64,000 nucleotides of DNA from Vicinamibacteria bacterium (GTDB lineage Bacteria; Acidobacteriota; Vicinamibacteria; Marinacidobacterales; Marinacidobacteraceae): positions 2,240,001 through 2,304,000 of the forward strand of contig CAXXLQ010000004.1 of assembly GCA_963668695.2 (NCBI GenBank), read 5' to 3'. Each line of letters begins with the position of its first letter. Position 1 is the first letter of the stretch. Below, piece by piece: positions 19,312-29,297 of the stretch. The translations under genes were made by a program, and so were the position numbers. The notes under the pieces were generated by a model. It did no database searches, was not told the DNA's origin, and saw only the letters and a program-made list of their open reading frames with translations.

Positions 19312-22269
19312 ATGATCCACCGCGCCCTTCTGCTCCTCGCTCTCAGCCTCGTTCTCCTGCCTGCTGCTCCCGCAGCCGCGCAGCCGGCGGGCGACCCGGA
19401 GCCGTTCCCCGTCATGGACGACCTGCCGCTCCGCTCGATCGGACCGGCGGTGATGGCGGGCCGGGTATCCGACCTCGCCGTGGTCCCGGGCCGGCCGCAC
19501 GAGTTCTACGTCGCTACCGCGTCCGGCGGTCTGTTCCGGACCCGGAATAACGGCGCGACGTGGGATGCGCTGTTCGATCGCTTCGGGACGACCTCGATCG
19601 GGGCGGTAGCGCTCTCCCCATCCGATCCGGCGACGGTCTGGGTAGGAACCGGCGAGCCGGCGAACCGGCAGAGTTCCTCGTTCGGCGACGGGGTGTACGT
19701 GTCCTTCGATGGGGGGGACTCCTTCCGCCACGCCGGCCTCGAGGAAACCGAACACATCGGGCGGATCGTTCCTGATCCGGATCAGCCGCGCCGCGCGTTC
19801 GTGGCCGCGCTCGGGCCGCTCTGGCGCTCCGGTGGTCAGCGAGGCGTCTTCCGGACCGAGGATGGCGGCGCTACCTGGGAGCAGGTTCTCGAGATCTCCG
19901 CTGACACCGGGGTGGTGGATCTCGAGATGGACCCCCGGAATCCGGCCATCCTCTACGCTGGCGCCTACACCCGGCGCCGGACTCCCTGGGGGTTCAACGG
20001 CGGGGGATCGGAAGGTGGCATCTTCCGGACCACGGACGGCGGAGACACCTGGGAGCGCCTCACGGAAGGGCTCCCGGAGGGCCCCGTCGGCCGCATCGGC
20101 CTGGAGATCGCCGGCTCCGATCCACTGAGCGTGTTTGCTCTCGTCGAGCACGCCACCGATTCGGGTCTCTACCTGTCGCGCGACCGTGGTGCCTCCTGGG
20201 AAAAGATCTCGGACCTGAACCCGCGCCCGATGTACTACTCGCACGTCGAGGTGGACCCGACGGACATCCGCCGGGTCTACGTGCTCGGCTCGCAGGTCCA
20301 CCTCTCGGACGATGGCGGGCGTACGTTCCGGACGAACCGGGACATGACCCCGACCTATGACATCGGGGTCCACGGCGACCACCACGCCCTCTGGATCGAT
20401 CCGGACGAGCCCGCGCACCTGATTCTCGGGAACGACGGCGGGATCTACGAGTCGTGGGACCGGGCGGTCACCTGGAGAAAGATCAACAACATCCCGCTCA
20501 CCCAGTTCTATGCGATCTCGCTCGACATGGAGACGCCGTACAACATCTACGGGGGAGCCCAGGACACCCATTCCTGGGTCGGACCCTCCGCTACCCGCAA
20601 CCAGGCCGGCATCCTCAACAGCGATTGGCGCCAGACGAACTTCGGTGACGGGATGGACCAGGAAGCCGTTCCGCGGGAATCGGGCATCGCGCTGGTGTCT
20701 TCCCAAAACGGCAACATCGTCCGGTTCGACACGGCCACCGGAAACCGGACCACCGTCCGTCCGTTTCCGGAAGAGGACGCGGACCGCTACCGCTTCCACT
20801 GGCTCTCCCCGATGGCGAGTTCTCCGCACACCGCGGGGAGGGTGTATTTCGGCGGCAACCGCCTGTTCCTGTCGGATGATCTCGGCAGCGAGTGGCGCGC
20901 CACCGACGATCTGACGCTGCGCGAGGACCGCAGCGAGCTTCCCATCCTCGGTGTGCTGCCCGCCGAGGGGATGCTCTCGATGCACGACGGGGTCAGCGAC
21001 TGGGGCACCCTGACGACCCTGGCGGAATCACCGCTGGTGCCTGGTCTGCTCTACGTCGGATCGGACGACGGGCGCCTCGCCCGTTCGGACGACGACGGCC
21101 ACAACTGGGAGTTTCTGGAGGCCAGTCTCCCGCTCGAGGCGCTTCGCGCGACCATCAGCCGCGTTACGCCTTCGGCGCACCAGGAGGACCGGGTCTACGT
21201 GGGTGTGGATCGCCACCACCTTGGAGACTTCGCGCCGTACATCTTCGTTTCCGAAGATCGAGGAGCGAGTTTCGCTCCCATTGGTGGCGGGCTGCCGCGG
21301 GGATGGGTGAACGACGTCGTGGAGCACCCGCTGAGGGAGAACCTCCTGGTGGCGGGGACCGAGGTCGGGGCTTTCCTGTCCTTCGATCGGGGAGCCTCGT
21401 GGATGAGAGTGGGCGGAGGCCTTCCGCATGTTCCCGTGGATGACATCGAGATCCATCCCCGGGATCGCGATCTGGTCCTTGGAACCCACGGGCGTTCGAT
21501 CTACATCCTCGACGACAGTGCGCCCCTCGCCTGGCACGATCCGACCGCCGGCGAAGCGGAGTTGTTCGAGCCCCGCCCAGCCCTGGTGTTCCTGCCCTGG
21601 AAGCACGAAAGCTACGAGGCGCAGGCCCGCTATGCCGGGGAGAACCCACCAACCGGAGCCCTTCTCACCGTGTTTCTCCCCGACGCTGACGAATCATCTC
21701 CGGCCCTTGAAATCCGGGATTCCTCCGGAGAAGTGGTCGCGCGACCGGGGGTCACGGCGCGGGCCGGCTTCCAGCGGATCGTCTGGGATCTGCGCGCCGG
21801 GGAGGCCCAAGAAGACGCACCCGGCATTTGCGGCGAACCGCCGCCCCGGGTTCCTGCCGGGATCTATGAAGTTCGCCTGAACGGGGTGGGAGATGTTTCC
21901 CCGGTTCCGCTCGAAGTAAGGCTCGACCCTTCGGTTACGGTGAGCGAGACCGCCTATGCCCAGCGCGCGGCGTTCCTGGCGGAAATCCACGGCGCCATCC
22001 GGGAAGCCTGCCGGGTGGGCGCGTCGGCCGGAGACCCGGACGCTCTTCCCGACGCGGCGCGGGAAGCGCTCCGCGAGCTTCGCCCCGACGGCGGCTTCCG
22101 GAACCCCTCGACCCTCTCACGCCTGGGTCGGCTCTACGGCGAGTTCACCGGGGACGGAGTCCGACAAGGGACGCTGGATGCGCCTACGGTCATCCACCAC
22201 CGCCGCTTCGAGGCCTTGCGGGCGCGTCTCGAGGAGGCCATCCGAACGGTCAGTAGCCTGTCGCGGTGA
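19312..22269 (+). CDS. Secreted VPS10/BNR (Asp-box) beta-propeller glycosyl-hydrolase-like protein
   Basis: Signal peptide; RSIGPAVMAGRV; many S/T-x-D-x-G-x-T-W Asp boxes; THGRSIYILDD. Confidence 0.88.
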   Translation: MIHRALLLLALSLVLLPAAPAAAQPAGDPEPFPVMDDLPLRSIGPAVMAGRVSDLAVVPGRPHEFYVATASGGLFRTRNNGATWDALFDRFGTTSIGAVALSPSDPATVWVGTGEPANRQSSSFGDGVYVSFDGGDSFRHAGLEETEHIGRIVPDPDQPRRAFVAALGPLWRSGGQRGVFRTEDGGATWEQVLEISADTGVVDLEMDPRNPAILYAGAYTRRRTPWGFNGGGSEGGIFRTTDGGDTWERLTEGLPEGPVGRIGLEIAGSDPLSVFALVEHATDSGLYLSRDRGASWEKISDLNPRPMYYSHVEVDPTDIRRVYVLGSQVHLSDDGGRTFRTNRDMTPTYDIGVHGDHHALWIDPDEPAHLILGNDGGIYESWDRAVTWRKINNIPLTQFYAISLDMETPYNIYGGAQDTHSWVGPSATRNQAGILNSDWRQTNFGDGMDQEAVPRESGIALVSSQNGNIVRFDTATGNRTTVRPFPEEDADRYRFHWLSPMASSPHTAGRVYFGGNRLFLSDDLGSEWRATDDLTLREDRSELPILGVLPAEGMLSMHDGVSDWGTLTTLAESPLVPGLLYVGSDDGRLARSDDDGHNWEFLEASLPLEALRATISRVTPSAHQEDRVYVGVDRHHLGDFAPYIFVSEDRGASFAPIGGGLPRGWVNDVVEHPLRENLLVAGTEVGAFLSFDRGASWMRVGGGLPHVPVDDIEIHPRDRDLVLGTHGRSIYILDDSAPLAWHDPTAGEAELFEPRPALVFLPWKHESYEAQARYAGENPPTGALLTVFLPDADESSPALEIRDSSGEVVARPGVTARAGFQRIVWDLRAGEAQEDAPGICGEPPPRVPAGIYEVRLNGVGDVSPVPLEVRLDPSVTVSETAYAQRAAFLAEIHGAIREACRVGASAGDPDALPDAAREALRELRPDGGFRNPSTLSRLGRLYGEFTGDGVRQGTLDAPTVIHHRRFEALRARLEEAIRTVSSLSR

Positions 22270-22993
22270 GCACTGCCGCTGTGCGGCGGGGGCGCTCATC
22301 CGTGCCCAGGGCCTTTATGGCGGCGCGGAGACGGGCGAGATCCGCGGGGCGATCCACGTCCCAGGAACCGGACAGTTCCCCCAGGCTGATGCCGGCTTCG
22401 GCGGCGGCGGCGCGGGTGGCCTCCCGAACCGCGCCGGTGCCCCAGGGAATCCCGGCGAAGAGGCGGTCGAGGGCGCCTCGCGGAATCCGGTTTGGAGCCA
22501 CGCCGATCAGGACATAGCCGCCGTCTTCGGCTGGGACGAGCACGACGTCCTTGGCCGCCAGGGTGCGGAACCCGGCTTCCACCAGCGAAGCCGCGAGCAG
22601 CGGCGCGTCCGCACCGATGATGACGAGGCGGCGCACGCCGTCCCGCCGGGCGTCCCGAGCCGCGCGGGTGAGCCGTTCACCGAGATCGCCGGACCCTTGG
22701 GGAATCACCGTCCAGGCCGCGGGAATGTCCAACGCGCCGGCTGACGGATCCCCGTCACAGCGCACTTCGAGCGACAGGGCCTCCGGTCGCTCGAGAGCGG
22801 GATCGTCCGTGCCGAAGACCCGAGCGAAACGCTCCAGAACGTCTTCGGTCATCGCTCGCTGGAGCGCCGCCGCCTCGGCCGGGGTAAGAGGAGGGACCAG
22901 GCGGGTCTTGGCTTTGCCGGGCACGGGTACCCGCGTGAAGACCGCCAGGCGGCGGCTGGCGCCGGCGTCGTGGGTTTGCTCCGTCGATGTCAG
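22250..22993 (-). CDS. DUF2064 / TIGR04282-like nucleotide-diphospho-sugar transferase (start uncertain)
   Basis: LAVFTRVPVPGKAKTRL, QGSGDLGERL, IIGADAP, PAEDGGYVLIG, IPWGT, DVDRPADL. Confidence 0.8.
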   Translation of the reverse strand: MTSTEQTHDAGASRRLAVFTRVPVPGKAKTRLVPPLTPAEAAALQRAMTEDVLERFARVFGTDDPALERPEALSLEVRCDGDPSAGALDIPAAWTVIPQGSGDLGERLTRAARDARRDGVRRLVIIGADAPLLAASLVEAGFRTLAAKDVVLVPAEDGGYVLIGVAPNRIPRGALDRLFAGIPWGTGAVREATRAAAAEAGISLGELSGSWDVDRPADLARLRAAIKALGTDERPRRTAAVLTATGY

Positions 22994-23018
22994 AAGCGCT
23001 CCCCGACGCGCGGCGGAA

Positions 23019-25238
23019 TCACCGGCCGACCCGGGCCTCCGCGGCGCCCCAGTTCCCCATGTCGTCCTCCACTTTCACGATCGCCGAACCGGCGCCCTCC
23101 GGGAAATCGTCCAGTCGGGCGTCGTAGTTCTCGCTCGCTGAGTCGGCGATCCCGTCCACCGGACGCACCACCCGCGCGGGGCCGCCGTCCACGGAGACCG
23201 AGGCCCGCCGGATCGGACTTCCGGTATCGCTGGCGCGGAACCGGATCGTGCCGTCAACGCCCACCGTCAGGTCGGAAATGACCGGAGGGGTGTTGTCCAC
23301 CGTGAAGGATCGACTGACCCGGGTCCCCGTCATGGTTTCGCCGGGAGGGTTGTCAGGCGAATCCTCGGCCTCGATCCGGAGTTCATAGCGCCCGTCGGGC
23401 ATCGTGGAGGTGTCCCAGGCGACGATGGTTTCGGAGAGCGCGGACCGGAGGGGTTGCCACGGCACATCTCCCTGGCGCCGGTACGAGATCCGGTAGCGAA
23501 GCCGATCCCCATTGGGATCCTCCGCCCGGAAAGTGGCGGTGCGCACTCCGGGCAGATAAAGCTGGCGTCCGCTCCCGGCCGGCAGCGCCGAACCCGACTG
23601 CCCCCGCCGGGCGGCATCGGTCACCTCCGGCCGGTTCTCCATTCCCTGAAGGCGTGGTGCCGAACTGTTCAGCATTTCTTCGAATGCGAGTCCGGGAGGA
23701 TGGAGGGTGATTCCGGTCACCCGCGGAGCCAGGTTGACGGGGAGATACGCCGCTTCGAGTGAGGCCAGCTCCGGCGAAGAGCTGCCGTCCGAGCGCAGGA
23801 TCGCGCGCCACTGCAGAAAACGCGCGGCGGGGCTCGCAATGGCGGCGTCCGCCGCGGCCGGCACCCAGTCGCTCCAGGTGTCGTCGGGTTCCTCCGAGTT
23901 CCCCGTCCGGGTCTCGACGTTCACGGCGGAGCCGGGGGGAGTCCGGACATCCCAGGAGATACGGCCGAAACTGGCCGCGCCGCCGGCGTCCAGAACCCGC
24001 GAGAGGTATCGGCCCTCGGTGCGCGGGGACGCCGAAAGTTCGAGCACCCTTCCAGGATTCGACGCGCCGAGCAGCGTTACTCCCCCCTCGGACACTGCTG
24101 CGGTGACCTGCTCCGAATCGGCCCGGAACAGGAGGGTGACGTCGCCGTCACGCGTGACGCGATACACCCGCCCGCGGTCGCCGGTTCCCAGCAGGAGACG
24201 TTCGTCGCGGAGCATCGCGAGGGATAGCGGCCGGTCGGTGGTGGACTCCCAGATCGTCTGGGCTGCCCCGCTGGGCGCGATGCGGTAGAGCGCGCCCGCC
24301 GGTCCATTCGTCGATGCTGCAGGTTGTCCGAGCGTCGCGCCCCCGCTCGCTGTCGCGAGCATCGGGAAGGAAGTCGCGGCCACCACCCCCGCGCTGGGGG
24401 AAGAAACATCGGACGGCATCGGCGCCGCTACCGCGCCCGCACCCGCGCCTCCACCGGAATCCGCCACCGCGGCGGCGAAGACTTCGCCGGCGGCATTCAG
24501 CGCCAGAGCCCGGATCTCCGCGAAGGGACTGTCGTAGAGCGCCATGGCTCCCGATGCGCTGTCGATCCGAAAGACGATGCCGGATGGTTCCGTTCCGAGG
24601 TGGATCGTGCCGTCGGGCGCGCGATGGAGCGCCGTTACGTTTTCGTCGCTCGTGGTGAAGATCGTCTCCGCACCTCCCGAGGGTTGCACCCGGATCACGG
24701 AAGCCGGCATTCCGGTCGCGACCAGGACGCTGCCTCCGGGTTCGGGGACGATCGCCCAGATGTAGCGAGCTTCCGGCTGGTAGAAAACCCCTCGCTCCCC
24801 CCCGGGCAGGATGCGCTGCACACTCCCCCCTGGTGCGGTAGCGAAATAGACGGTGCCGTCGGCGGCTACCGCTACTGCGTGGATTCCGACTTCGCCGGTG
24901 TCGGCAAGTACCTCGGATGCTCCTTCCCGAATCCGGATCAGCGTTCCCTGCGCTCCCCCGCCGGCGATCACCCCGCCCGAGCCGTCCGGGGCCACCGACC
25001 ACACGAAGGGCTCTTCGGACTCGTGAAGGTTCCGCAGCGCCGGAGCCAGCCGGACCTGACCCTCCGGGCCGATACTCACTCCGTCGCTCTCCCCGGCAAG
25101 GAAATCTCCCGAGGTCTCGAAGCGCCAGAAGTCCCGGCTCCCCGCGAGGCTCAACCCCGCCGCCGTGGCTACGAGCAGCGCTGCGAGAGCGCGGCGCCGC
25201 CAGGCATTCGAACTTCGAGGGTTGAGACTGGCCTTCAT
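23019..25238 (-). CDS. Secreted beta-propeller protein with C-terminal Ig/FN3-like domains
   Basis: Signal peptide, repeated propeller strands (YIWAI, GTVYFAT, GIVFRI), TRTGNS..PD..WSDW, WDTSTMPDGRY, VDNTPP. Confidence 0.75.
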   Translation of the reverse strand: MKASLNPRSSNAWRRRALAALLVATAAGLSLAGSRDFWRFETSGDFLAGESDGVSIGPEGQVRLAPALRNLHESEEPFVWSVAPDGSGGVIAGGGAQGTLIRIREGASEVLADTGEVGIHAVAVAADGTVYFATAPGGSVQRILPGGERGVFYQPEARYIWAIVPEPGGSVLVATGMPASVIRVQPSGGAETIFTTSDENVTALHRAPDGTIHLGTEPSGIVFRIDSASGAMALYDSPFAEIRALALNAAGEVFAAAVADSGGGAGAGAVAAPMPSDVSSPSAGVVAATSFPMLATASGGATLGQPAASTNGPAGALYRIAPSGAAQTIWESTTDRPLSLAMLRDERLLLGTGDRGRVYRVTRDGDVTLLFRADSEQVTAAVSEGGVTLLGASNPGRVLELSASPRTEGRYLSRVLDAGGAASFGRISWDVRTPPGSAVNVETRTGNSEEPDDTWSDWVPAAADAAIASPAARFLQWRAILRSDGSSSPELASLEAAYLPVNLAPRVTGITLHPPGLAFEEMLNSSAPRLQGMENRPEVTDAARRGQSGSALPAGSGRQLYLPGVRTATFRAEDPNGDRLRYRISYRRQGDVPWQPLRSALSETIVAWDTSTMPDGRYELRIEAEDSPDNPPGETMTGTRVSRSFTVDNTPPVISDLTVGVDGTIRFRASDTGSPIRRASVSVDGGPARVVRPVDGIADSASENYDARLDDFPEGAGSAIVKVEDDMGNWGAAEARVGR

Positions 25239-27049
25239 CGGGATTCCACCTGCAAGGTCAACTGACGGGATCCGGTGACCGTGGCGTCAAAATCGAGGTG
25301 CCCCTCCCAGAGCACCGACGCTGGAAGCTCCCGGGTAAGCCCGCCCGAGGAGTCTCGCGAAAGCACGGATCGGACGCTTGGCGGCAGGGAGGGCAGATAC
25401 TCGCCGCCGACCACCGCCGCACTTCGCCCGGATTCCACGAGTCGCACGTAGAGACGACTCTGCCGGCGGTGGCGGCCGATGGCGCGAAAGATCTGTTCCA
25501 CCCTGGTCGGAGTGCCCGTGACACCCTGGCGCTGGTCTGCAAGCGCCACCGAAAGAGCGTCCGCCACGAGCAGGGTCAGACGACTGCCGGCGGCGCTGCG
25601 GGGGATCGGCACCTCCAACTCACGGATCGCTTCGGCCCCCCGGAAATCCTTTACGGCAACCCGGAGGGTGGCGGTGTCCCCGGGGCGGACCCGTGACGAT
25701 CGCAGCCAGGCGCGGGTCACGGTTGCGGCGTGGGCCTCTTCACTGGCGGAGATCTCCACCTCGATGTCCCGAACCGGAATGCGTTCGACCGGGTTCCCGA
25801 GGAGCAGGGCGAGTGGCGCGGCAACGAGGGAGGCGGCGCTGGTGAGGACCCCCGCACCCCCGGAGCCGAAGACGTCCTCGACGGTAAGCGTTCGCCCGCC
25901 GGCAATGCCGATGCGGGCGGCGAGCCGGATGGTCTGAGTCCCCGCGGGCCGTTCTTCCTGGGAAAGGATGGACACCAGGCCGGAGAAGGCCAACAGCGGA
26001 CTGAACAGGTCGTGATCGACGAGCTCCAGGTTGTAGTCGCGCCGGCCGCCGCGGCTGCCCTGGACCTGGACGCGCATCGGGATGGTCCGGGCGCGAGCCC
26101 CGAGCTTTCCCCGAACTCCGGTGGCCCGGTCTTGCTGCCAGACGCCGATCGTCGCCCCGGCGCTCGCCAGCCGGAACGAGTTGGAGAGCGAGGCTACGCT
26201 CGCTTCCACCCGGGCCTGCTGCATCGGGATGGAGATGGTGCCGAGACCGGTGAACGGATGGCCGAAGGCGAAGACCTCCCCGGTGGCCTCGTCCACATGG
26301 GTCACCGTTCCGCTCGCCATCAGCACCATGTCGCCCCCGATGAGCGTGGCGCCTACCGGGCTCCCGGGACTCAATTTCGGAACGGCGGTTTGTTGCGAGG
26401 CGCCGGCGCCCGCCGTTCCGGTCAGCCCCCCCGGAGCCAGCTCCATTCCGAGCTGCCGGAATAGCGGGGCCAGGACCCGATGGGCGGCGGGGCTGAGGCC
26501 GCTCGCGGTCACTGGCGCCCGAATGGGGAGCAACTGCCTGCCGTCGTTCTCGATGCCAACTTCCGGGACGGGAATCGGATCGAAGGACGGTTCCCCGGCG
26601 GACGAAAAGCGCAGTGTCGGGGCGGGAGCGACACCGGACGAGGTCCCCGCCCCGAGGGGCATTTCGGTGAAGCGAACCATCTCCTCGAAGGGAGTGATCC
26701 CGCAGATGGCGTCCTTCGCGAAGGGGAAGGCGTACGCCACGGCGCCGAGCAGCCGCCCGTCCACATAGACCGGGCTCCCGCTCATCCCCTGAATGACCCC
26801 GGTGTGGGCGAGCGGACCGCCCGACAGGTTCGCGAGCACGATACTGCGACCCGGCATCGCGCCCCTCAGCACTCCGACGATCTCCACCCCGAAGGTCTCC
26901 ACCTCCTCGCCCGAAAAGACGGTGCGGCCTTCCCCCACCATCCCCGGCCGCACTTCGTCGAGCGGCAGGATGGCGGGCTGGGCGGTGGCGTCCGGTGCGA
27001 GCCCGGCCAATACGGCGAGAAGGCACGCCCCGCGAAGATGGGCTCTCAA
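25235..27049 (-). CDS. SpoIVB peptidase S55 domain protein
   Basis: GMVGEGRTVFSG, GVIQGMSGSPVYVDGRLLGAVAY, FAFGHPF. Confidence 0.88.
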   Translation of the reverse strand: MRAHLRGACLLAVLAGLAPDATAQPAILPLDEVRPGMVGEGRTVFSGEEVETFGVEIVGVLRGAMPGRSIVLANLSGGPLAHTGVIQGMSGSPVYVDGRLLGAVAYAFPFAKDAICGITPFEEMVRFTEMPLGAGTSSGVAPAPTLRFSSAGEPSFDPIPVPEVGIENDGRQLLPIRAPVTASGLSPAAHRVLAPLFRQLGMELAPGGLTGTAGAGASQQTAVPKLSPGSPVGATLIGGDMVLMASGTVTHVDEATGEVFAFGHPFTGLGTISIPMQQARVEASVASLSNSFRLASAGATIGVWQQDRATGVRGKLGARARTIPMRVQVQGSRGGRRDYNLELVDHDLFSPLLAFSGLVSILSQEERPAGTQTIRLAARIGIAGGRTLTVEDVFGSGGAGVLTSAASLVAAPLALLLGNPVERIPVRDIEVEISASEEAHAATVTRAWLRSSRVRPGDTATLRVAVKDFRGAEAIRELEVPIPRSAAGSRLTLLVADALSVALADQRQGVTGTPTRVEQIFRAIGRHRRQSRLYVRLVESGRSAAVVGGEYLPSLPPSVRSVLSRDSSGGLTRELPASVLWEGHLDFDATVTGSRQLTLQVESR

Positions 27050-27193
27050 GGTCGGATCCTGGAAAGGCGGAATGCTACCGCCCGTGTCCGGAGTTTCCGG
27101 CGCATCCGAGGAGGAACGGGCTCCCGGCCAACGAGAGACCGGGTACCGGACCGGTCTTCGGGGAGCCGCGGCGCTCGGCGACGCCGGACCGCG

Positions 27194-27442
27194 TTAACAG
27201 CCGGTGGTGAAACCCACGCGGGTTCCACCACCGGCTGCTAACAGCCTGTGGCAAGACCCACGCGGCGTTCGACGGGCGATGCATCCCGTCTGATCCGCCC
27301 CGCTTTGCGGGGCTCTGCGTTGCGCTTCGGTCGAAATACACCCGGTATTCCTCCCTCACGCGCCTTGTCAGCCGGACCCCCACCGGGAGAACTGGGCCTC
27401 GCCCGTCTCGGCGCTCACGTGGGTTTCACCACAGGCTGTTAA
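27194..27442. mobile_element. MITE-like element family A, copy 4 (about 40-bp TIR-only mini-element plus full element)
   Basis: TTAA-cagccggtggtgaaacccacgcgggttccaccaccggctg-CTAA-cagcctgtgg...caggctg-TTAA. Confidence 0.85.
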
Positions 27443-27954
27443 GGCGCCTGGGCGGCTGACAGTGGGCGCAGAACCCGATAGCAATTGTCCATCCAGCCGT
27501 CGTATTGGGCGCTCGTGTTCGCGCCTGCGAGTGCGGCTTCATATCCCCGGTCGGGATTGCGAAGAAAGCGCCAGGCCCGGAAGTGGTCGTCGCAGGTGTC
27601 CGCCAAATACTGCGACTCGGCTCCGGCAAGCTGGGCCCGGACGGTATCCACGCCGTCCTGGGTGGTGTCGCCGGCGACCATGGCCACCGACACCATGACC
27701 ACGAGGACCTCGATGCACTCCTGGTAGGCGACCAGCGCGACTGATTGGCCGAGCTGGTCCCGATACTGGATGGGGATCTGCTGGGCCGCCGTCTCGGCAA
27801 GCATCAGGCAGGTGTCGCGCAGCGGACCGTCCCCGCCGGGAAGGGTCGTCGGATCGGGGGCCATGTCTTGCGGAAGCATCGTCTGAAGCGTCTGACAGCC
27901 GAGTCCGCCCAGCAGGAGCAGGGAAGCGATGAGTCTCAGGATCCGTTCCTCCAT
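27439..27954 (-). CDS. Hypothetical lipoprotein
   Basis: MEERILRLIASLLLLGGLGC lipobox; four further Cys. Confidence 0.7.
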   Translation of the reverse strand: MEERILRLIASLLLLGGLGCQTLQTMLPQDMAPDPTTLPGGDGPLRDTCLMLAETAAQQIPIQYRDQLGQSVALVAYQECIEVLVVMVSVAMVAGDTTQDGVDTVRAQLAGAESQYLADTCDDHFRAWRFLRNPDRGYEAALAGANTSAQYDGWMDNCYRVLRPLSAAQAP

Positions 27955-27970
27955 CCGCAGGGGAGCCGCA

Positions 27971-27987
27971 CGCATTCGACGTGCCAG
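27971..27987 (-). promoter_or_regulatory. Sigma-54 -24/-12 promoter candidate
   Basis: CTGGCACGTCGAATGCG, 16 nt upstream of ATG 27954. Confidence 0.6.
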
Positions 27988-28056
27988 AACAGTTCCAGCG
28001 CGACGGAAGATAACCGCGAATCTTCCCGAGTCCTACACTTTCCGGTGTCCCGCACC

Positions 28057-29112
28057 ATGTCCGACGATCGCTACTCCCGCCAGACGCTCTTCCCCGGCAT
28101 CGGCCCGGAAGGGCAGCAGCGTCTGGCCCGCAGTCGGGTCCTGGTGGTGGGGGCCGGAGCCCTCGGCTCCGCCTCGCTCGACATGCTGGTGCGGGCTGGA
28201 GTCGGGACCGTGCGGTTCGTCGACCGTGACACAGTCGAGACTTCGAACCTGCAGCGGCAATCGCTCTACGATGAGGAGGACGCCCGGGAAGGGAGGCCCA
28301 AGGCGGAGAGCGCCCGGCGACGGCTCGCGGCGGTCAATTCGGAGGTGAAACTCGAACCGCTGGCGCTCGATCTCCACGCCGGGAACATCCGCGAAGTCAT
28401 GGAAGGGATGGACCTGGTGCTCGACGCCACCGACAACTTCGAGACGCGCTACCTCATCAACGACGCCGCCGTCGCCACCGGAACGCCGTGGATCTACGCC
28501 GCCTGCGTCGGCAGCTACGGGATGACCCTCACTGTGCTTCCGGGCCACACCGGGTGCCTGCGCTGCGTGGTCCCCGATGTCCCGCCACCCGGCGTGTCCC
28601 CGACCTGCGACACCGCGGGGGTGATCGCACCGGCGGTGCAGGCGGTGGCGTCCTACGCGGTGACCGAGGCCCTGAAACTGCTGGCGGGTCGGATGAACGC
28701 GCTGGCGACCGGGATCTGGCACCTCGACGTATGGGAGCGAACCGCCTATCGCATGGAGATCGGGGATCCGGACCCCGATTGCCCGGCCTGCGGACGGCGT
28801 GAGTTCCCTTTCCTCGACGGAGATGCGGGCGGGACCCTGCTGACTCTTTGCGGACGCAACGCCGTCCAGGTGCGCCCGGCCGCTTCGTCGGCTCCCGCCG
28901 GCGCGGCGAACCCGGACTTCCTCGACCGGCTGGGTGGCCGGCTCGGGGAGTTGCCGGAGGTGCGGGACTCGCTGCGGGTCACCGGTCACCTCCTCCAGTT
29001 CGAGGTCGCCGGACGGCGACTGGTGGTCTTCCCCGACGGGCGGGCGATCGTTCACGGCAGCGGCGATCCGGCGGAGGCCCGGACGCTCGTCTCACGCTAC
29101 ATCGGGAATTAA
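28057..29112 (+). CDS. ThiF/MoeB family adenylyltransferase (alternative GTG start at 28045)
   Basis: RYSRQ, VGAGALG, SNLQRQ, DATDNF, CLRC, TCDTAGV, CPAC, LCGRNAVQ. Confidence 0.92.
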   Translation: MSDDRYSRQTLFPGIGPEGQQRLARSRVLVVGAGALGSASLDMLVRAGVGTVRFVDRDTVETSNLQRQSLYDEEDAREGRPKAESARRRLAAVNSEVKLEPLALDLHAGNIREVMEGMDLVLDATDNFETRYLINDAAVATGTPWIYAACVGSYGMTLTVLPGHTGCLRCVVPDVPPPGVSPTCDTAGVIAPAVQAVASYAVTEALKLLAGRMNALATGIWHLDVWERTAYRMEIGDPDPDCPACGRREFPFLDGDAGGTLLTLCGRNAVQVRPAASSAPAGAANPDFLDRLGGRLGELPEVRDSLRVTGHLLQFEVAGRRLVVFPDGRAIVHGSGDPAEARTLVSRYIGN

Positions 29113-29295
29113 CAGCCTGTGGTGAAACTCAGGCGGCGTTCGAGCGGCGACGCATCCCGGCTGAACCGCGCCGCTTTGCGGCGCTCGGCGTTGCGTTTCG
29201 GTCGAAATACACTCGGTATTCCTCCCTCACGCGCCTTGTCAGCCGGGCGCCTCCCCGCTCTCGGCGCTCACCCGGGCTCCACCACAGGCTGTTAA
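29109..29295. mobile_element. MITE-like element family A, copy 5 (basic form, no 18-bp module)
   Basis: TTAA-cagcctgtggtg...caccacaggctg-TTAA, from the moeB stop to 2 nt before the hisZ ATG. Confidence 0.85.
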
Positions 29296-29297
29296 CC

